A DNA stretch of 64,000 bases from Chrysomallon squamiferum (lineage: Eukaryota; Animalia; Mollusca). The notes below the pieces were generated by a model. That model was given only the letters and a program-made list of their open reading frames with translations, did no database searches and was not told the origin of the DNA. The stretch is from assembly GCA_012295275.1 (NCBI GenBank), contig CM022672.1:5642001-5706000 (forward strand), written 5' to 3'. This document shows, one piece after another, positions 1 to 14,800 of the stretch; the stretch's first letter is position 1; each line of letters opens with the position of its first letter. The position numbers were made by a program, and so were the translations under genes.

Positions 1-1187
1 ACACAAATACACACATACACACAAACATACAAATATAACACACATACCACACATATATACACCAGTCATTTTTAGTTAATGAATATATTTATTATTATTA
101 CTGTTGTTGTTGTTGCTGCTGCTGCTGTCTTCGCAGGCGTCATATTCATCGCTGTCATTATTTACTTATAAGGAAATTCTAAATTATGTTAGTATCGTTC
201 TCATGTGACATAGTAGTTTTATTTCTAATTACCTGAAACATACACTGGTGATAACATGGTGATAATTGTGTAGGGCTGTGTACATGTGATACATTTCTAT
301 TCCTGTCTGTTGTGTCACACGCAAGAAGACATCTGTATGGGCCTCTCATTTGTTGGGTATTTGTTAGTGCTCGACGTAAATGAATTTTTGACGATTCTTT
401 TTTGTGAGTCATTTTATTTCACGTGATTTTTTAAACTGGGAAGTAGAAACTTTATCTTTATGGATAAGCAGGATTTGTGGCAATTAAATTAAATTTGTGA
501 TATTCTAAACACGTTGTATTTATTTTATTTGTCAAATGTAATACATTTCTTCTTCTTCTTTTCATTATTTAAAACTTATGTCTAATTAATGAAAAAAAAA
601 AAAAAAAAAAAAATCTTCTGTTTTATGTCCACTTCCTTTCTTCTTTAAAAATAAATATATCGTCTGTTCCATAACCCATTTCTATCCTTTCCTCTATTTT
701 TTTTAATATAGTGCGCTAAGAATTTGGTACAGTAATACTACTTAACGTCCACATTAGTTTTAATTATTAGTCAAGCCCCTTCCCATTTTTCTTTGATTCT
801 TTTTGTTTTTCTTTCATTCGTTCCTTCCTTTTACGTTTATTATTTTAGGAACAGAAACCGGTTGATAATTAAAATATCATAAAGAAACATATACATGTAT
901 ATGTAAAAGGACAGAGGTGATATGTTAGAACGAACACATCACTTAAAGTCCACTAGTATAAATCAATGGTGATTACTGAAAGCTAGCGAAATACACAAGA
1001 ACCAGCAGCTGCGCTTTACTCAGACTGTCTACAAGGCAAAATCGATGTTAATAATTCACGAAGTCAGAATAACATTTCATTACTAGCGCAAAGACTTTCT
1101 AGACTGAACGCAAGGCTAAATAATGAATCGAAGACCAAAAATGAAACGCATGTGTATAACAACAACAACAACAACAACAACAAAAAA

Positions 1188-1230
<43 letters not shown>

Positions 1231-2019
1231 GTTACAACAATCCTAAAAAGGCTGACCAGGAAGTTTTTGACAAATTCAAACAATATAAAAAAGAAGAAAA
1301 AAAAAAAAAAAAAAAAACAAAGGAGGAAAGGAAAGAAAGAAATGAATACAATTTACTAGGCTGAACTTTTGGCCACTCGCTGTCGACATATTGCAGACGA
1401 TCAATTCGAAGAAGCCTTGTCGAGTTCAGCGATTTTCGCGCCTGAAGCTTCTGCATCGATTTCAGAACCAGACTTCCAAGTCTTTTTCTACTGCAGCGCC
1501 ACCTAGCGGCTTGTCGGTGACTGTTTAATGATAATGAAGTTAACCAGAGGAAGTCTGTCTCATGCAAAGCAAAAGTTTGACATTTTTGAAGAGGAAAATT
1601 TATGGTAGCCAAAGAAAGGACACTCCGGAAACATATGACGTAATACAACGAATCAAATTAAGTTATCATTTTGCGCGACATTTTCGTCCTTGTTTTGTGG
1701 AGGGAGGGAGAGAAGAAAAACAGATACTTAATAAATAAATAAATCATTAATTGCATTTACAATAAGAAAAAGTTAAAAGAAAAAAAAAAAATAAAGAATA
1801 AATAAATAAAATAAAATAAAAAAAAGATAATAAATAAATAAAGTGAAAAAAAAAAATTAAAAAAAGAGAAAAGAAATTCAAAAAATCATTTATATAAATA
1901 GATTAATTAAAAATTCAGATTAATATATAAATATTTCAAAATCGAAAAAATATAATATATATTAATAGTAAAATTGTTTGATATTTCGTTAAATGTTTTA
2001 TTCCTTATTTTTATCTTTA

Positions 2020-2065
<46 letters not shown>

Positions 2066-2541
2066 GAAACGTGTATATTTAAAGCGTGTATAGTTAAAGC
2101 GTACTACAGATGTCAACGATTGCAATATACATGTATATTAAATACACCTTACTTTACTCTGCACATAGGTATTAGTAATCGTTCCAATTTTTCATACACT
2201 AAGGTATATCAAAGGAATACGCATTCCTATATTTAGGAATCTGCTTAATAAATATACTTTGACGATTTCTTATTTCCATTATATTCCTCAGTTTGCAAAA
2301 TCGTGTGTGTGTGTGTGTGCGTGTGTGTGATATTCACCATTATTTTAAATACCTACACTCATAATTTTGCAGGAGATATCTTGTTAAGTGAAAACTGAAC
2401 ACTCATATACTCTCTTAGAAAAATGTATGTTTTGTGTATAGTCAATGTAATTATAAAATTCGCAACAACAACAACAATAATAACAATAGTCGTGACAACG
2501 ATGATGATGGTAATGATAATGATGATGATGATGTTAATGAA

Positions 2542-2585
<44 letters not shown>

Positions 2586-3650
2586 TGATGATGTTGATGA
2601 CGATGATGATGACGACGATGATCACAATAATCATATCCAATTACACTAATGAACGACACAGTTTAACAGCAATGTGTGTTCATTAAGAATTCTAACAAAG
2701 CACATTTTGTACCATGTGATGTAAGACTAAAATGGTGGCTATTTTAAAGCAGTGGGACTTTTGAGTTAGAACCGAAATTTCGTTAAATAAACATTTTCCA
2801 TCACAACTGTTACGAGTTAACACAAAACTCAGTATTAACAACATGATGAGCATATAAGGGGTGAAAAGTGTTGCTACATTTTGGTAACGAATTTTAAATT
2901 TAAAAACTAATATTTAATTTGAAAATGATTCTCATCGCAATGTAAACCGCCCCTTATTTTAACTCAGGTCCTGGATCCATCCATACTAAGCATTAAGATG
3001 CTGTTTTCTATTTATTTCACAGTCTGTCTGTCAAAGGTTTAAAGTTCAGATACAAAATCTCAGAAATACTGTGGAGAATTACAGTAGATGCATATTCTAC
3101 ACAGTCACACAAAACACGCATACTGTCAATTACTGTTTACAAAGAGCTGTTTCGTATTACGATATTTCTTTCACGAGCTACGGTTAAAACGTACAAGGCC
3201 AGCGCACCAGCTGATTACGATGCTGAGAGCTTTTGGAAAACGATCTACCGAACGTCTCTGGCGTCATCATGCACGTCGTCGTATCAGTCTGACAGAGCCG
3301 CCGTAATCGAGTGCGTTTCAGGCCCGCGGTTGCTGGTCGGAAACTGGTCGTGGAGCGCCAGAAACTATAAACATCTTCGATAATCGATGGAACACGACTG
3401 ATCAGGCTTGTAAGATACGTTTCCCTTGTTACCAGTCAATTATTAATAGCGTTCATGAACATAACAAAAGAAAACCTAAAGGCGTGCTTTGCAGTTATTT
3501 GATTGGGGGAGGGGAAAGATACATCAAATTTTAATTACAGTGCGAGAGCAGTTCGAATTACGTTGGGAGTAAAAATAATAACCACAGACTTTTCTCTATC
3601 ACCTGTAAAGATTTTTGATAAAATTTCAAACGTTTGTTATTACAGCAAAG

Positions 3651-3694
<44 letters not shown>

Positions 3695-4454
3695 TTTTTT
3701 TATTATTCTTTCCTCGTTATCGTTTTCTTCTTCTTCTTCATTTTTTTTTTTTTTTTTTTTTACATTTCACTTTTCTTTCTTCTTCTTTTTTTTTTTTTTT
3801 TTTTTTTATATATATCGTTTTTAAAATTTATTATTTTTCTTCCCTTTTTTTTGTTTCTCTCCTCTTTTATTCTTTCTTCTTTTCTTTTCTTTGTTTTTCT
3901 TCAGGTTTGACCTCCATTTTTTTTTTTTGTTATCATATTATTCAGGGATCCAAGTTAAAACATGGTAAGTTGCTAATAACGTTAAAAAGCTTCAGGCGTT
4001 TAAATATAGCCAGCCATTGTTAACACCATTCTGTATCACAACTCGAACCCCAGGTGTTGCCAAAAATACGAAATCTTGGGCTAGAAAGGTAAGAAAAGAT
4101 TGTGAGACGCGAACTGCCTGTTCTCGTAATTAACCAGTTATCGAGTGGTCGTAAGCGTTTCCTGGCGAAATCTGTACAAATCAGGAACACGTTCGATACA
4201 TTCCTGGTTATAACCAGGAACTTTTCCGCTCTGCTGAATCCTAGTTTCATTATCAGATTATATGTCTGACAAATATATCCAGTCTCTGCGGCAATAATTG
4301 ATACTTGGGAAATAGAACCAGTTCTGCGTCCATTCCATGCGAACTCCGCTGAACTTTATCAAGAATAACCCATAACTGATATGGAAGAAGGAAAATAAAT
4401 TCGTATTTTTTAAAAAAGAAATTTTTTAATCATCATCATCATAAGGAACGTAGA

Positions 4455-4565
4455 AGGATGGGTCGTCGGTTCAGTTCTTACTGGTGAACCAGTCTGGCAC
4501 TTTCTCGTTATAATCATACCAAATGTCGTGGTGTACTTATCTTCGTGTAAAGGTGCATATAATTA
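4455..4565 (+). mobile_element. Degenerate SINE relic (molluscan tRNA-derived SINE core)
   Basis: aaatgtcgtggtgtacttatcttcgtgtaaaggtgcatata resembles the recalled core aaaggccgtggtatgtactatcctgtctgtgggatggtgcatata; related to 51300-51830 and 54330-54460. Confidence 0.45.
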
Positions 4566-5082
4566 TACACAGACACAAAGATACACATACGCATGCGCAT
4601 TTATTCCAATATCATCACTTCATTCTCTTGATTTTTTTTATGATTTGTTATTGATTTATTTACTTTCTTTTTTTTTTTTTAAATTAGGCTTTTTTCTTTT
4701 GTAAACTCACATGCGTATTTTAGATATGTTAATCTTTGTAGTTTCCGTGGCAAATTAATCTTTTATATTTTATTTTATTTTATCTCAATTTATTTATTTA
4801 TTTATCGATTTATTTATTCACTTATTTGTTGGTTTTTATTTTTTTTTTTTTTTTTATAGTTATTATTATTTTTTATATCACCATGTATTTCTACACTGTA
4901 CGGTAAATGCCAATCAAAAACAGAATGATTAAGCAAATAAGCAAACGGAATAAACAAAATAAAAATAAATAACATTTCGCTGTTTACCGTTTTTAAAGTG
5001 AGATACTAAAGTCAGTATGCATCTTACAGACGCTAATCTATCGATTTGTTTGCTGCAAGCAAGATAAATAATAAAAAAAATA

Positions 5083-5116
<34 letters not shown>

Positions 5117-6169
5117 CCGGTTAATTCAAGATACTGATTCTGTTCCCGGTGTGTTTCTCTCTGCATTTCTGATCCAGATGCTTCTGATGTTTACCATGCA
5201 CGCTCACCAGATAGCCTGGCGGATCCAGAGTCTACACAGAGGAGCTGTTTCAGATTGACAGAAACGTGGCTGGAAAAGGAAAGCTATGGGAGTTGCACAG
5301 TACCTGATTTGCCCCTAAAAGGTTGGTTCTATATTACACTAAGATAAATAAAGAAAGAAAGAAAGAGGGAAAGAAAAGACATTTTTTTTTAATATATAAT
5401 TATTTTTATTCACATTTTTAATAAATCTGAAAAATAAAATAAAAAATGATCCGTTTAACAGACAAACTGTACTACTTATTTTGTTATATATTGCAGTATT
5501 GTTATTTCAGGCAATTTTGAAAGGCGAAACGAATGAGGTACCCTGAAATTTATCTCTCCAAAACACTCCTTTGTACCGCCACTTCCCCCAGTTGAAAAAG
5601 TTACAAGCGGGTTTTGGCCCGCACCTGGCATTTTAAAGCAGAACTGACGTCTGCTATTGACTGCGCGAGCTCCACACAAAGAAACAACAATGAATTTCGT
5701 GTTTCTGTACATGACTTGACTCTCCCCATCTGCTGTAAAGTGCATGTGGTTTATAAATCTTTTCCACTGGGGTAACATTTTTATTTAGTCTGAGTAAACA
5801 TGAGATTTCACTTCTCGCCGCTCCTTTCACCTCTTTAACTGTGAAATATAACCAGACAACTAAATTAAATTCATTCGAAAAATTAACTCGTAGCCCTATT
5901 TTCCCATCGGAATTAAAATTACTACAAGCTGGTGTATTTAAACAAATAAATATAACGAATATGTTTTTAATTTAACATTTTACAAATTTTAGCAAACTTT
6001 TATTATTATTATTATTATTTGAATAACAACAACAACAGTAACAAAATAAGTTAGCTTTATTATTCAGTTTTGTTGACATAATATTACACTGAACGATACC
6101 ATCCTAACATGATTTGTAGAAACCTGTGTATATTATTATATCACATTCATTTCGCAAAGCGATAAACCC

Positions 6170-6530
6170 TTCTGGACTACCCCACCATGCTGGGAATTAT
6201 CGCATCAGGCTGCACATTGGTGTTTATTTCACAAATGCACACGCACGCACGAACATGTACACACAATATATATAATTTTAGTTACCGAATGAATATAATG
6301 TCCCATGTAACGGACGTGACGTCAGTTTTGGACTGACCAGCAGATCAAGAAAAGCTTTACAAACCACATGCTCGATTTCTGATGCGTTTTATCTTTGTTA
6401 ATCTTCAAACGGCGTCGAATGACAAGAAACAAACCAACTGCGAGTGTCTGCTTACTGACTAATCGCACTTCCGGTTACACAACTGATACTCAGCCTGCAT
6501 GATTCGCTGGTGCCTGGAGGTAATCCTCAC
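6170..6530. promoter_or_regulatory. Candidate housekeeping-type promoter
   Basis: ZNF143/Staf-like CATGCTGGGAATT (about 6186), CRE TGACGTCA (6318-6325), ETS ACTTCCGGT (6468-6476), CpG-rich, splice-donor-like sites on both strands. Confidence 0.4.
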
Positions 6531-6565
6531 AATTATATACTTTAAAATGAAAAGACTATATCATA

Positions 6566-6612
<47 letters not shown>

Positions 6613-7392
6613 ATAATAATAATAGCAGTAGCAGTAGCAGTAGTAGTAATAATTGTGTTTCAAGCAGCAACTGTGGGAATAAATTAGTAATAAAATTAGC
6701 AACAGCAGCAGCCGTAGTCGTCGTAGTAGTAGTGGTATTAGAAGTAATATTAACTGCAACAGAAGTAGTTACAAAAAAAGTAATAACAGCCACAGTAACA
6801 ATTTGTACTAGAAGCTGTGGCTGCAGTAGTAGCAGAATAAACTGTAAAGTAGCTAATAATAAAGTAATGAAGTCGCTGCAGCAGCTTTAGTAAACAAACA
6901 CGAGCTTGTAGTACCAGTGTACTTAGTATTATCTGCCACCAGCATTTAATGTTTCTGCACTAATGATAAATGAACTCACTGCAGATGTATTCGGAAACAT
7001 TAACATATCCGATAGCCCAAGGAAAGCTGAATTATCAACAGTCAAACTATACGGACTTCACCGTGAACATTTCGGTGATCATGATTTTTGGTCGATATTA
7101 CCCGACCTTTCATTGTTTTCAACGTCAAAATCAGACGTCTGCTTGAATTAAACCTTCGTCTGTGGCTACAGCATAAGTACAGATGCATTTTCAGCGGAGT
7201 TTGAAGAAATAGTATATTGCGTTTCTTATTATTAGTGGTAGTAGTAATATTTGTAGTAGGATTAGTAGTAGTAGTGATAGCGGTAATAGGAATGGGAACA
7301 TCAGAAGCAATATATTATTGTTACTGATCTGTAGTTAATTGAGGGTTTTTAGGGGGGGTGAGGGTATATATATATTTTTAAATTAATTATTA

Positions 7393-7437
<45 letters not shown>

Positions 7438-10265
7438 TAAATCTAGTTTGTTGTTGTTGCTGTTTGTTTTGTTATTATTAAGTATATTTGTCTTATAATA
7501 ACGTTCTGTTTTATCTGAACCTACCTTCGCACACACCTCACACCCATGTAGTTTATTATAAGTCGACTGACATATATATCTACAAGTAAAACTCTATAAT
7601 TATGCTTGTGTTTTTTATCAGCTGGTTATTTGCTTCTAAAAGTATTTATTTTTAACATTTCAAAATGTATCATAAAATGGTTAACTGCGGTGTCAGTACC
7701 AGTAGTTATAGAGAACGAATCAAAGCGGAGTAAATAAAGTAAAGCAAAAATAATAAAGTAACAGAAATAAGGAAACCTTTAAACATGGCCGGAGGTTGAT
7801 ATGGTAGCGTCATAAACTATGGGAATCTGTAGAGGACCCGTTTTTTAAAATATGTAAGCGATTAAAACTGGCGAAAAATTTGATTTAGATCGTTTGATTT
7901 GTGAGACAATAAAATATGTAAATCGTACAAGCCCTACAGTGTTAAGGTTTAACAAAAATAACATTATAATAATAATGTTAAAAATTTGTCAAGATCCCTT
8001 TCGGAAGAAGTCTAAAGCAGGGAAAGATAAACTAACAATAAGCACGTTATACTGAATTGAAATTCTGAGAAGTCTGTTTAGACTGTGACTTTAAGACGTA
8101 GCTTGTTTGGTTTACATTAAAACCAGACTTTGTTTTATTTATTTACTTATTTATTCTAAAGAGTTTAAAATCTAGGCTACTTCTAAAAATTTCCATTTGG
8201 AAACTTGTATGTCTGCTACACCAAATAGGCATGACATAAAATTAATCAATAAGCTCTTGCATCGGTGTTTAACAAAACTGACTAATTTCCACGTAGATAC
8301 ATTTACAACAGCATGTTTTTCATTTATACTGAAGTATAATATAATTCACATTTACAATCCAAGAAAACCGAAATAGGTAATAGTAGTATAATTACTAACA
8401 TATCCTGCTGGACTACTAAGTATGTGTCACGTGATAATTATGTAGTTGCTACTTCCGCTTTAGGATATAAACGCCTAAAAGGCATTAACGATTAGCCACG
8501 CTATTAAATTCGTTTCCTAGACTTAATAAGGGAAACTGAACACACATCAGGAGCGAATCTAAAAAATCGAAGAAATAGGTTTACTCCATCTTTGCACTGT
8601 GCATCTTACGTAGAGGCTGGCGAAGGGCGTTTCCATTTTTATTTATATTACTTTTAATACTCTGTTTTATACTGTACGAGGAAGCAGGTAAAATATTTTG
8701 TTGCTCCATGATACGTTACACATTTCTATATTTTAACACCCTAATACTTCTCTAGACCCGACACCTGGGTTATAGAGTTCGTGGCTTCAGAGCTTTATAG
8801 ACCAGTCCGGTGTTAAATGTAATGCTTTGTAATAATTATTATCTTACTTCTTTTCATGCTTAAGATATAATCTTAGTCCAGAAAAAGGAAAGTAAATATG
8901 TTTTAGTTTTTCTTCTAAGCCATTCGAATGCTGCAGTGTTGTGTTAATAAGATTTTATAGACTTTAATCCGATCTATGCCATAACTGCTTGCATACGGGG
9001 AGGGGGGAGAAGAAGAAGAAATGACAACAAAAAATAATAGTTGAATACTCAGAATAGTTGAAGTAGTGCTTGTGATAGTAGTATTAGCAGTAGGTGATTA
9101 GTAGTAGTAGTATTACAGATATCAGTAGCATCAGAGGCAATGCTGGTTTTATTTTATTTTTGCATTTTTGAAGCTATTTGAATTATCTTTATAGGCTTAG
9201 AAACAAAGAATTCGTAAACAAATTAACAGTACTTGAATTATTTACTCATGTTCACATTTTAATACCACTGATATTTATGTCCAGTTAAAGAAAAGAAAGC
9301 ATCAGTTTTCCTAGGGTTTCACTAATGCATGACCTTTTAGAAATCCGATATTGTCAGATTACTGGAAACAAGCAGATTAAAGATAAAGTCAATCGCCGCC
9401 TATTGGTCCTAGTTTCATAATTTAATTGACATTTCATGATACTTGAAATAATTTTTTATTTCTTTTTATAAAATATATTTTCTTGTTCTTTTTCATAATT
9501 TAAAATATAAATATATATATAAATAAATAAAATATATATATATATATATATAATTATTATTATAATACTACTGCAGTGTTAACTAAAAGAAAAATACATT
9601 ATTATTCGGACTGCTTTTGTGTTATGTTGCGTGGAGTTATCTCCCATACACCAATAGCTGATGAGAAAATTGATCGACAAGAAAGTGCCTGCCCGCGAAG
9701 CACTGTAAACGCCTGTCCACTTCCTTTCAGTTGTGAATAATGACCGAAGACTTTGCTATTTGCTTGGCGAAGGAAAATTGTCGCTGTGTGGAGAATATTA
9801 TCTTTCAAAGAACTCTTTTTAAGGCTGCTGTAATTTGAAGTGAAATTAAGCATGCATTTTTTTCCCCCGTATAACCATCTCAGATAGGTTTTTTTTTTTT
9901 ATTATTATTTTATTATTAGCTACATTTTATATTATTTTAAATCTCTACCCAAAACCAAGAAACAAGATAAATTTATTAACTTACTGGAAACTCTTTAATT
10001 GCAAGCTTCACATTTTTTAAACTATATTTCTTGTTTACTTTCATATAAAACATTAAATGATTAACAATTCACTCTCAACCTGTTTTTATAAAGAAATAAA
10101 AACAAAAAAACATAATTGCTGAACATTTTTTTTTTATTTGTTATTTTTATCAACAATGAAGCCAAAAAAATCAAAATTCAGTAACAACTGAGATAATACC
10201 AATTTTGCAAAAGCTCCATTGAAGCAATTTACAACAGATAAATGACCTGTATTCAACATCATTTG

Positions 10266-10428
10266 CTATTTCGGAGTCAGAGATTTTCTTGCTGCCAGGT
10301 TATCCTGTTCTGAATCAAGAAGCAAATTCTCCAAACCTTTTCTTGTGTTTTCAATGTCATTGTCATGAACAGGTTTCCCAGAATGATGAATTGGTTTTGG
10401 AGAATTGAACACATTGTCTTCCATGTCA
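10266..10428 (-). CDS. NCAPG: NCAPG terminal coding exon (SDMEDNVFNSPKP...ARKSLTPK*)
   Basis: tacacag acceptor; open to TAG at 10268-10266; AATAAA on the minus strand at 10138-10133. Confidence 0.7.
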
Positions 10429-11275
10429 CTGTGTAAATTAAATTATAATAAACTTTCAAAAATGTTTTTAAGAAAACAAACGATGCACAACTTTTAATAA
10501 ACAGAACCTGCAACAGTAATAATAAAAATCAGATTTTCCATGTTTTACTTTTATAAAAAAAAATTTAAAACAATATTTAATTTTGAGATAATAATTTGGA
10601 TTTACACCATTTAAACTAGTACTTAACTGCAAGCTACAATGTATTTGACAGATAATATCAATAAAAATAAAAATAAAATTCAAATTAAAAATTAAATATA
10701 ATAAAGTGTGATCAATCAATAGCCTTTGAAAAAGTCCAGATATGTGAAATGTTCACCACTGTAACTTCTACAAGATTAAATTATTCCATAATGTTTGAAA
10801 TGTAATTTCACAGCTATGTGACTGATGGGAACCAGCTTTGAAATTTTAGTCATGCTATTACTTTATTATTTGCTATTAAAACAAATTATTCTCTAGTTGT
10901 TAGTTGTATAATTTCAGACTATGATATTGAAAATATCTATATAAAGTATTATATCAGACTTGGGGAAAATTATTATTATTATTTTTTTTTTATATCTTAG
11001 AAGCTTAATGAAACCAAAAACAACAAATAATAAAACTGATATATCAACAGATGAAATAAGAACAAATAACTTAATATAAGACTGATATTTTGTGGTTTTA
11101 TAAATATCATTCAGTGATATTGTGTTGCAACAAAATCTTTGCATGCTATACTAAAATTAAGGTTTGACAATGGTGATGTGAAAAGTGAAAAAATAACTAC
11201 CTGTCATCAATATTAGTTTTCTCTGTTGGTTTAGTTTTGGCAGATTTTGCTGGAATAAATTCACAAACTATATAT

Positions 11276-11309
<34 letters not shown>

Positions 11310-11839
11310 CAAAAACAAAACCACATGCAACAACAAAATCAAGACATAAGCGTACATAATAACAATAATCATCATCATCGTTACAATAACTAAAATATTA
11401 ACAACAAAATCATGACATAGAAATATAAAATTAAGTTAAATTATTTATCCTTGTTCTCACCCAGAAGATTGATGACAGTGTTGTGAAACTTTTCCACAGC
11501 CTTATGTGACCGTTTCACCTTTACAACCTACGAAAGAAATGAATAAACATTTGTTTAATGACCATTTAAACCTTTTTAGTATCAGCATTTGTAGATAGTT
11601 CCCTGCTTGCTTACAAACAGGTTACATTCTCATCAACTGGATATAACTCCCAGTTTACTCAACATTTTTTATTTATTTATATATTGTTAATAAATATCTG
11701 CATAACTAAAGATAAACCTGAACAAGAAGAATAATAAAAAAAAAAAAAAAATAATAATAATAAAAAAAAAAAAAATAATGATACTTAAACAAAAAATACA
11801 ATTTTAACCCCCACTAGTAACAATAAAATAATGTATGCA

Positions 11840-11870
<31 letters not shown>

Positions 11871-14800
11871 CCCTAATAAAAATAATATTCAATATGCAAA
11901 ATGTTTTCGCAGACAATTTGTACACATTACAAGATACAAATAAAACAATAAACTGAATTTGGATTACTCGTTACTTCTGTCAACAACTGACTTACATGGA
12001 GGATCTTTTCACAGAGGGCTTTTAGCTGTGTCAGGTGAGTCTCATCACAACTGATGTCAAGTCTGTTGAGTACCCAAGTCCAAAGACTGAGACCGAATGA
12101 GTGGGTGTTTGTCAGAATCTCGTTACATACCTTAACAGCTATGCTGTCATGTCCTGGGTTGTTCTGTAACACAAATAATCATAATGGTAATGGTGATGAT
12201 AACAATAACAGTAGTAACAATAACAACATAAAATACTAGTAGTTCAAAACTGGAAGCATGTCTAAAATAATAACAGCAATAGTGATATTGCAAACAACAA
12301 TAATAGCACATTATTAAACTGGCAGTACACACCACATTTTTTCTTTATTAAAATCAAGTTTATGATCTATTGGCAAAGTTTTTTCTGGTGCATATAAAAT
12401 AATTAATTTAAAAAAAACACCAGAAAAGAGAAGTTCTATTTGGATTGAAGAAAACATAAATGCAGATAACCCCAAAAATCAAAAATCACAAGATAAACTA
12501 GTAAAGAAAATGAAAAATGAAATGAGTACTAGATCAATCATATCAACAAACGATAACCAGCTGTTAGAATACAAATGTTAATCATAATCTACATCAACAC
12601 TGAAAATAACAAGTTACAAAACAATTTAAAATTTTGTAAATTACTTAATACATCACTCATGATTTATGGCTTTATAGATGTTATGTTAAGCTATTACCCA
12701 ATTTGTTTTTTAGCAGTGAGGTGTAGAAACATTTGCACCTACTAACCACTGATTTAATTAATTAACAAAATGCAATAAAAAGTAAAACATAATTTTTAAT
12801 AATTGAGACCCAGTAATCCCTTAACTTAATAAGCTTTAAAACACACAAGCCTGAATTCAACTCATTTAGCTGACATCAAAAATGATATACATGCATAAAA
12901 TTCAACCCATATAGATAATATTAAAATGAAGATATTAAAAAAGAAAAAAATTAAATATTAGTGATAATTCAAGTCAAGAGGTTAAACAGACATACAGTGA
13001 TCTGAGAATTTTTGTTGGCTATGAGGAGTCGAGTGTTTATGAGATGAATTAAGAACTCTGAGACATTCTGTGTGTTAATCTCCAACAGTGGGCTTGGTGT
13101 AGGTGCCTCCAGAATTGTGTTCAGTGTCTCAATGAAAGTCTCTTCAAACAACTCCTGATTTGACCTGAACAACAAATTACACACACAGTTAAATATATGG
13201 AGTGATAAAAATAAGTTCTAAATATTAAAATCTTGTCATGTTTGCAATACATAAATCATGAGTAGATGACAAATTTTAGTAGATAACAGCATAATGTGAA
13301 TCTAATATATACCTTAAAATATAACACATCATAGGACTGTTCATTTTACAGAACTATGAAAAATAAAAAAAAATTCATTTGTAACAACAAATGAAGATCT
13401 TAAAACAAGTACAAGCATCTATTTTTGTAACTAATATGCATGCACGTACATCCAGATACACTTTATTTTTTTAAAATAATTCTGAAACAAGAAAAAAGTA
13501 TTCACCCTTTCCATATCTACAGAACTGTCAAGACTGCACATACCAAGTATTAACAATATGATAGAGCAAATTAAAGTTTTATTCCCCTTCTAATTATTTC
13601 ATCTAATAAAATCTAAAAAGATGTAAAATTCACCTGGAGGCAAAGGCAAACAGAGGAAAGAAAGTTCCCAGACATTGGCGAAGGTAACTGTTGTCCTTGG
13701 TATCAGGGTTGTACCACAATATCAGCAGCTGAGAAATGAGTTTGCAAGATTTCACTCGACCTGACAGAAACAGTTTGGCCATTCCCTCGGCAGCAGTTGC
13801 ACACAGTTCACTGCTCTGTAAAAATGGGAACAAGAAAATAAGTAACAACAACACTAAAAGTTGGATTAAAATTAATAAATACATACGTATATACATTCGC
13901 TGATTCAGTACTCTTCAATTACAATAGGAACTTTACTACTACCAACACCATTACTACATGCATAATCTCTTCCCTTATTTATTATTAAGCAATGGTAAAT
14001 GCTGCATGACAATATATATCTATATATTTATCTACCTGCGCACATATCTAGTTAGATAGATAGATAGATAGATAAAAATAAGAAATAACTGAACAAAACA
14101 TTCTTACATCACTGTCAAGAAAAGCACTCAGAAAATCCAACAGTTCAACAGCAGCCTTGCTTTCAGAATGTCCTGTCGCATCTGAGTCAGTCTCCTTCTC
14201 TTCAGCATCATTCTCTTTGCCACCAGCAGGAGCTGAAGTGCTGATATTATCTCCCTTTATTATCCCAAAACCGAAATAGTGGATGATGTCAAACATGACC
14301 CTGACTGCACTGACTCGAACATCCTCTCTGTCCACTTGAGAGACCTGGAAAATAAAATCTGCCATTTTAGCTTTCAACAATATAGATGTGTGTAAATTTT
14401 AGTTATTTAATTAATTTATTATTATGATGAAAAAAAAAACCCCACACACACTATCTTAATGAAGACGTGTTAGGCTTTTGTGTGAGGTGCATGTGTGTGT
14501 GTGTATGTGTACATGTATGTGTACATATGGAGAGAGAGAGACATATGAATACATACATTCATATTTGTAATTATAATAAATGCATACCAGCATAAGCAGT
14601 GGTAGATACTGCATGATTATGTCCTGTTTTAACAAACAGCACAAACCTAGAGCACCAATGGCAACGTTCCTGATGTCTGCCAGTTTATTTTGTAATCCTG
14701 GGACAATCTGCGATAGATTTATATTTCTAATTACACAGTGTTATTCTTTGAATTTTACAATGTCAGTAGAATCTGATCTTTATCAAGATGAAACAAAGGT

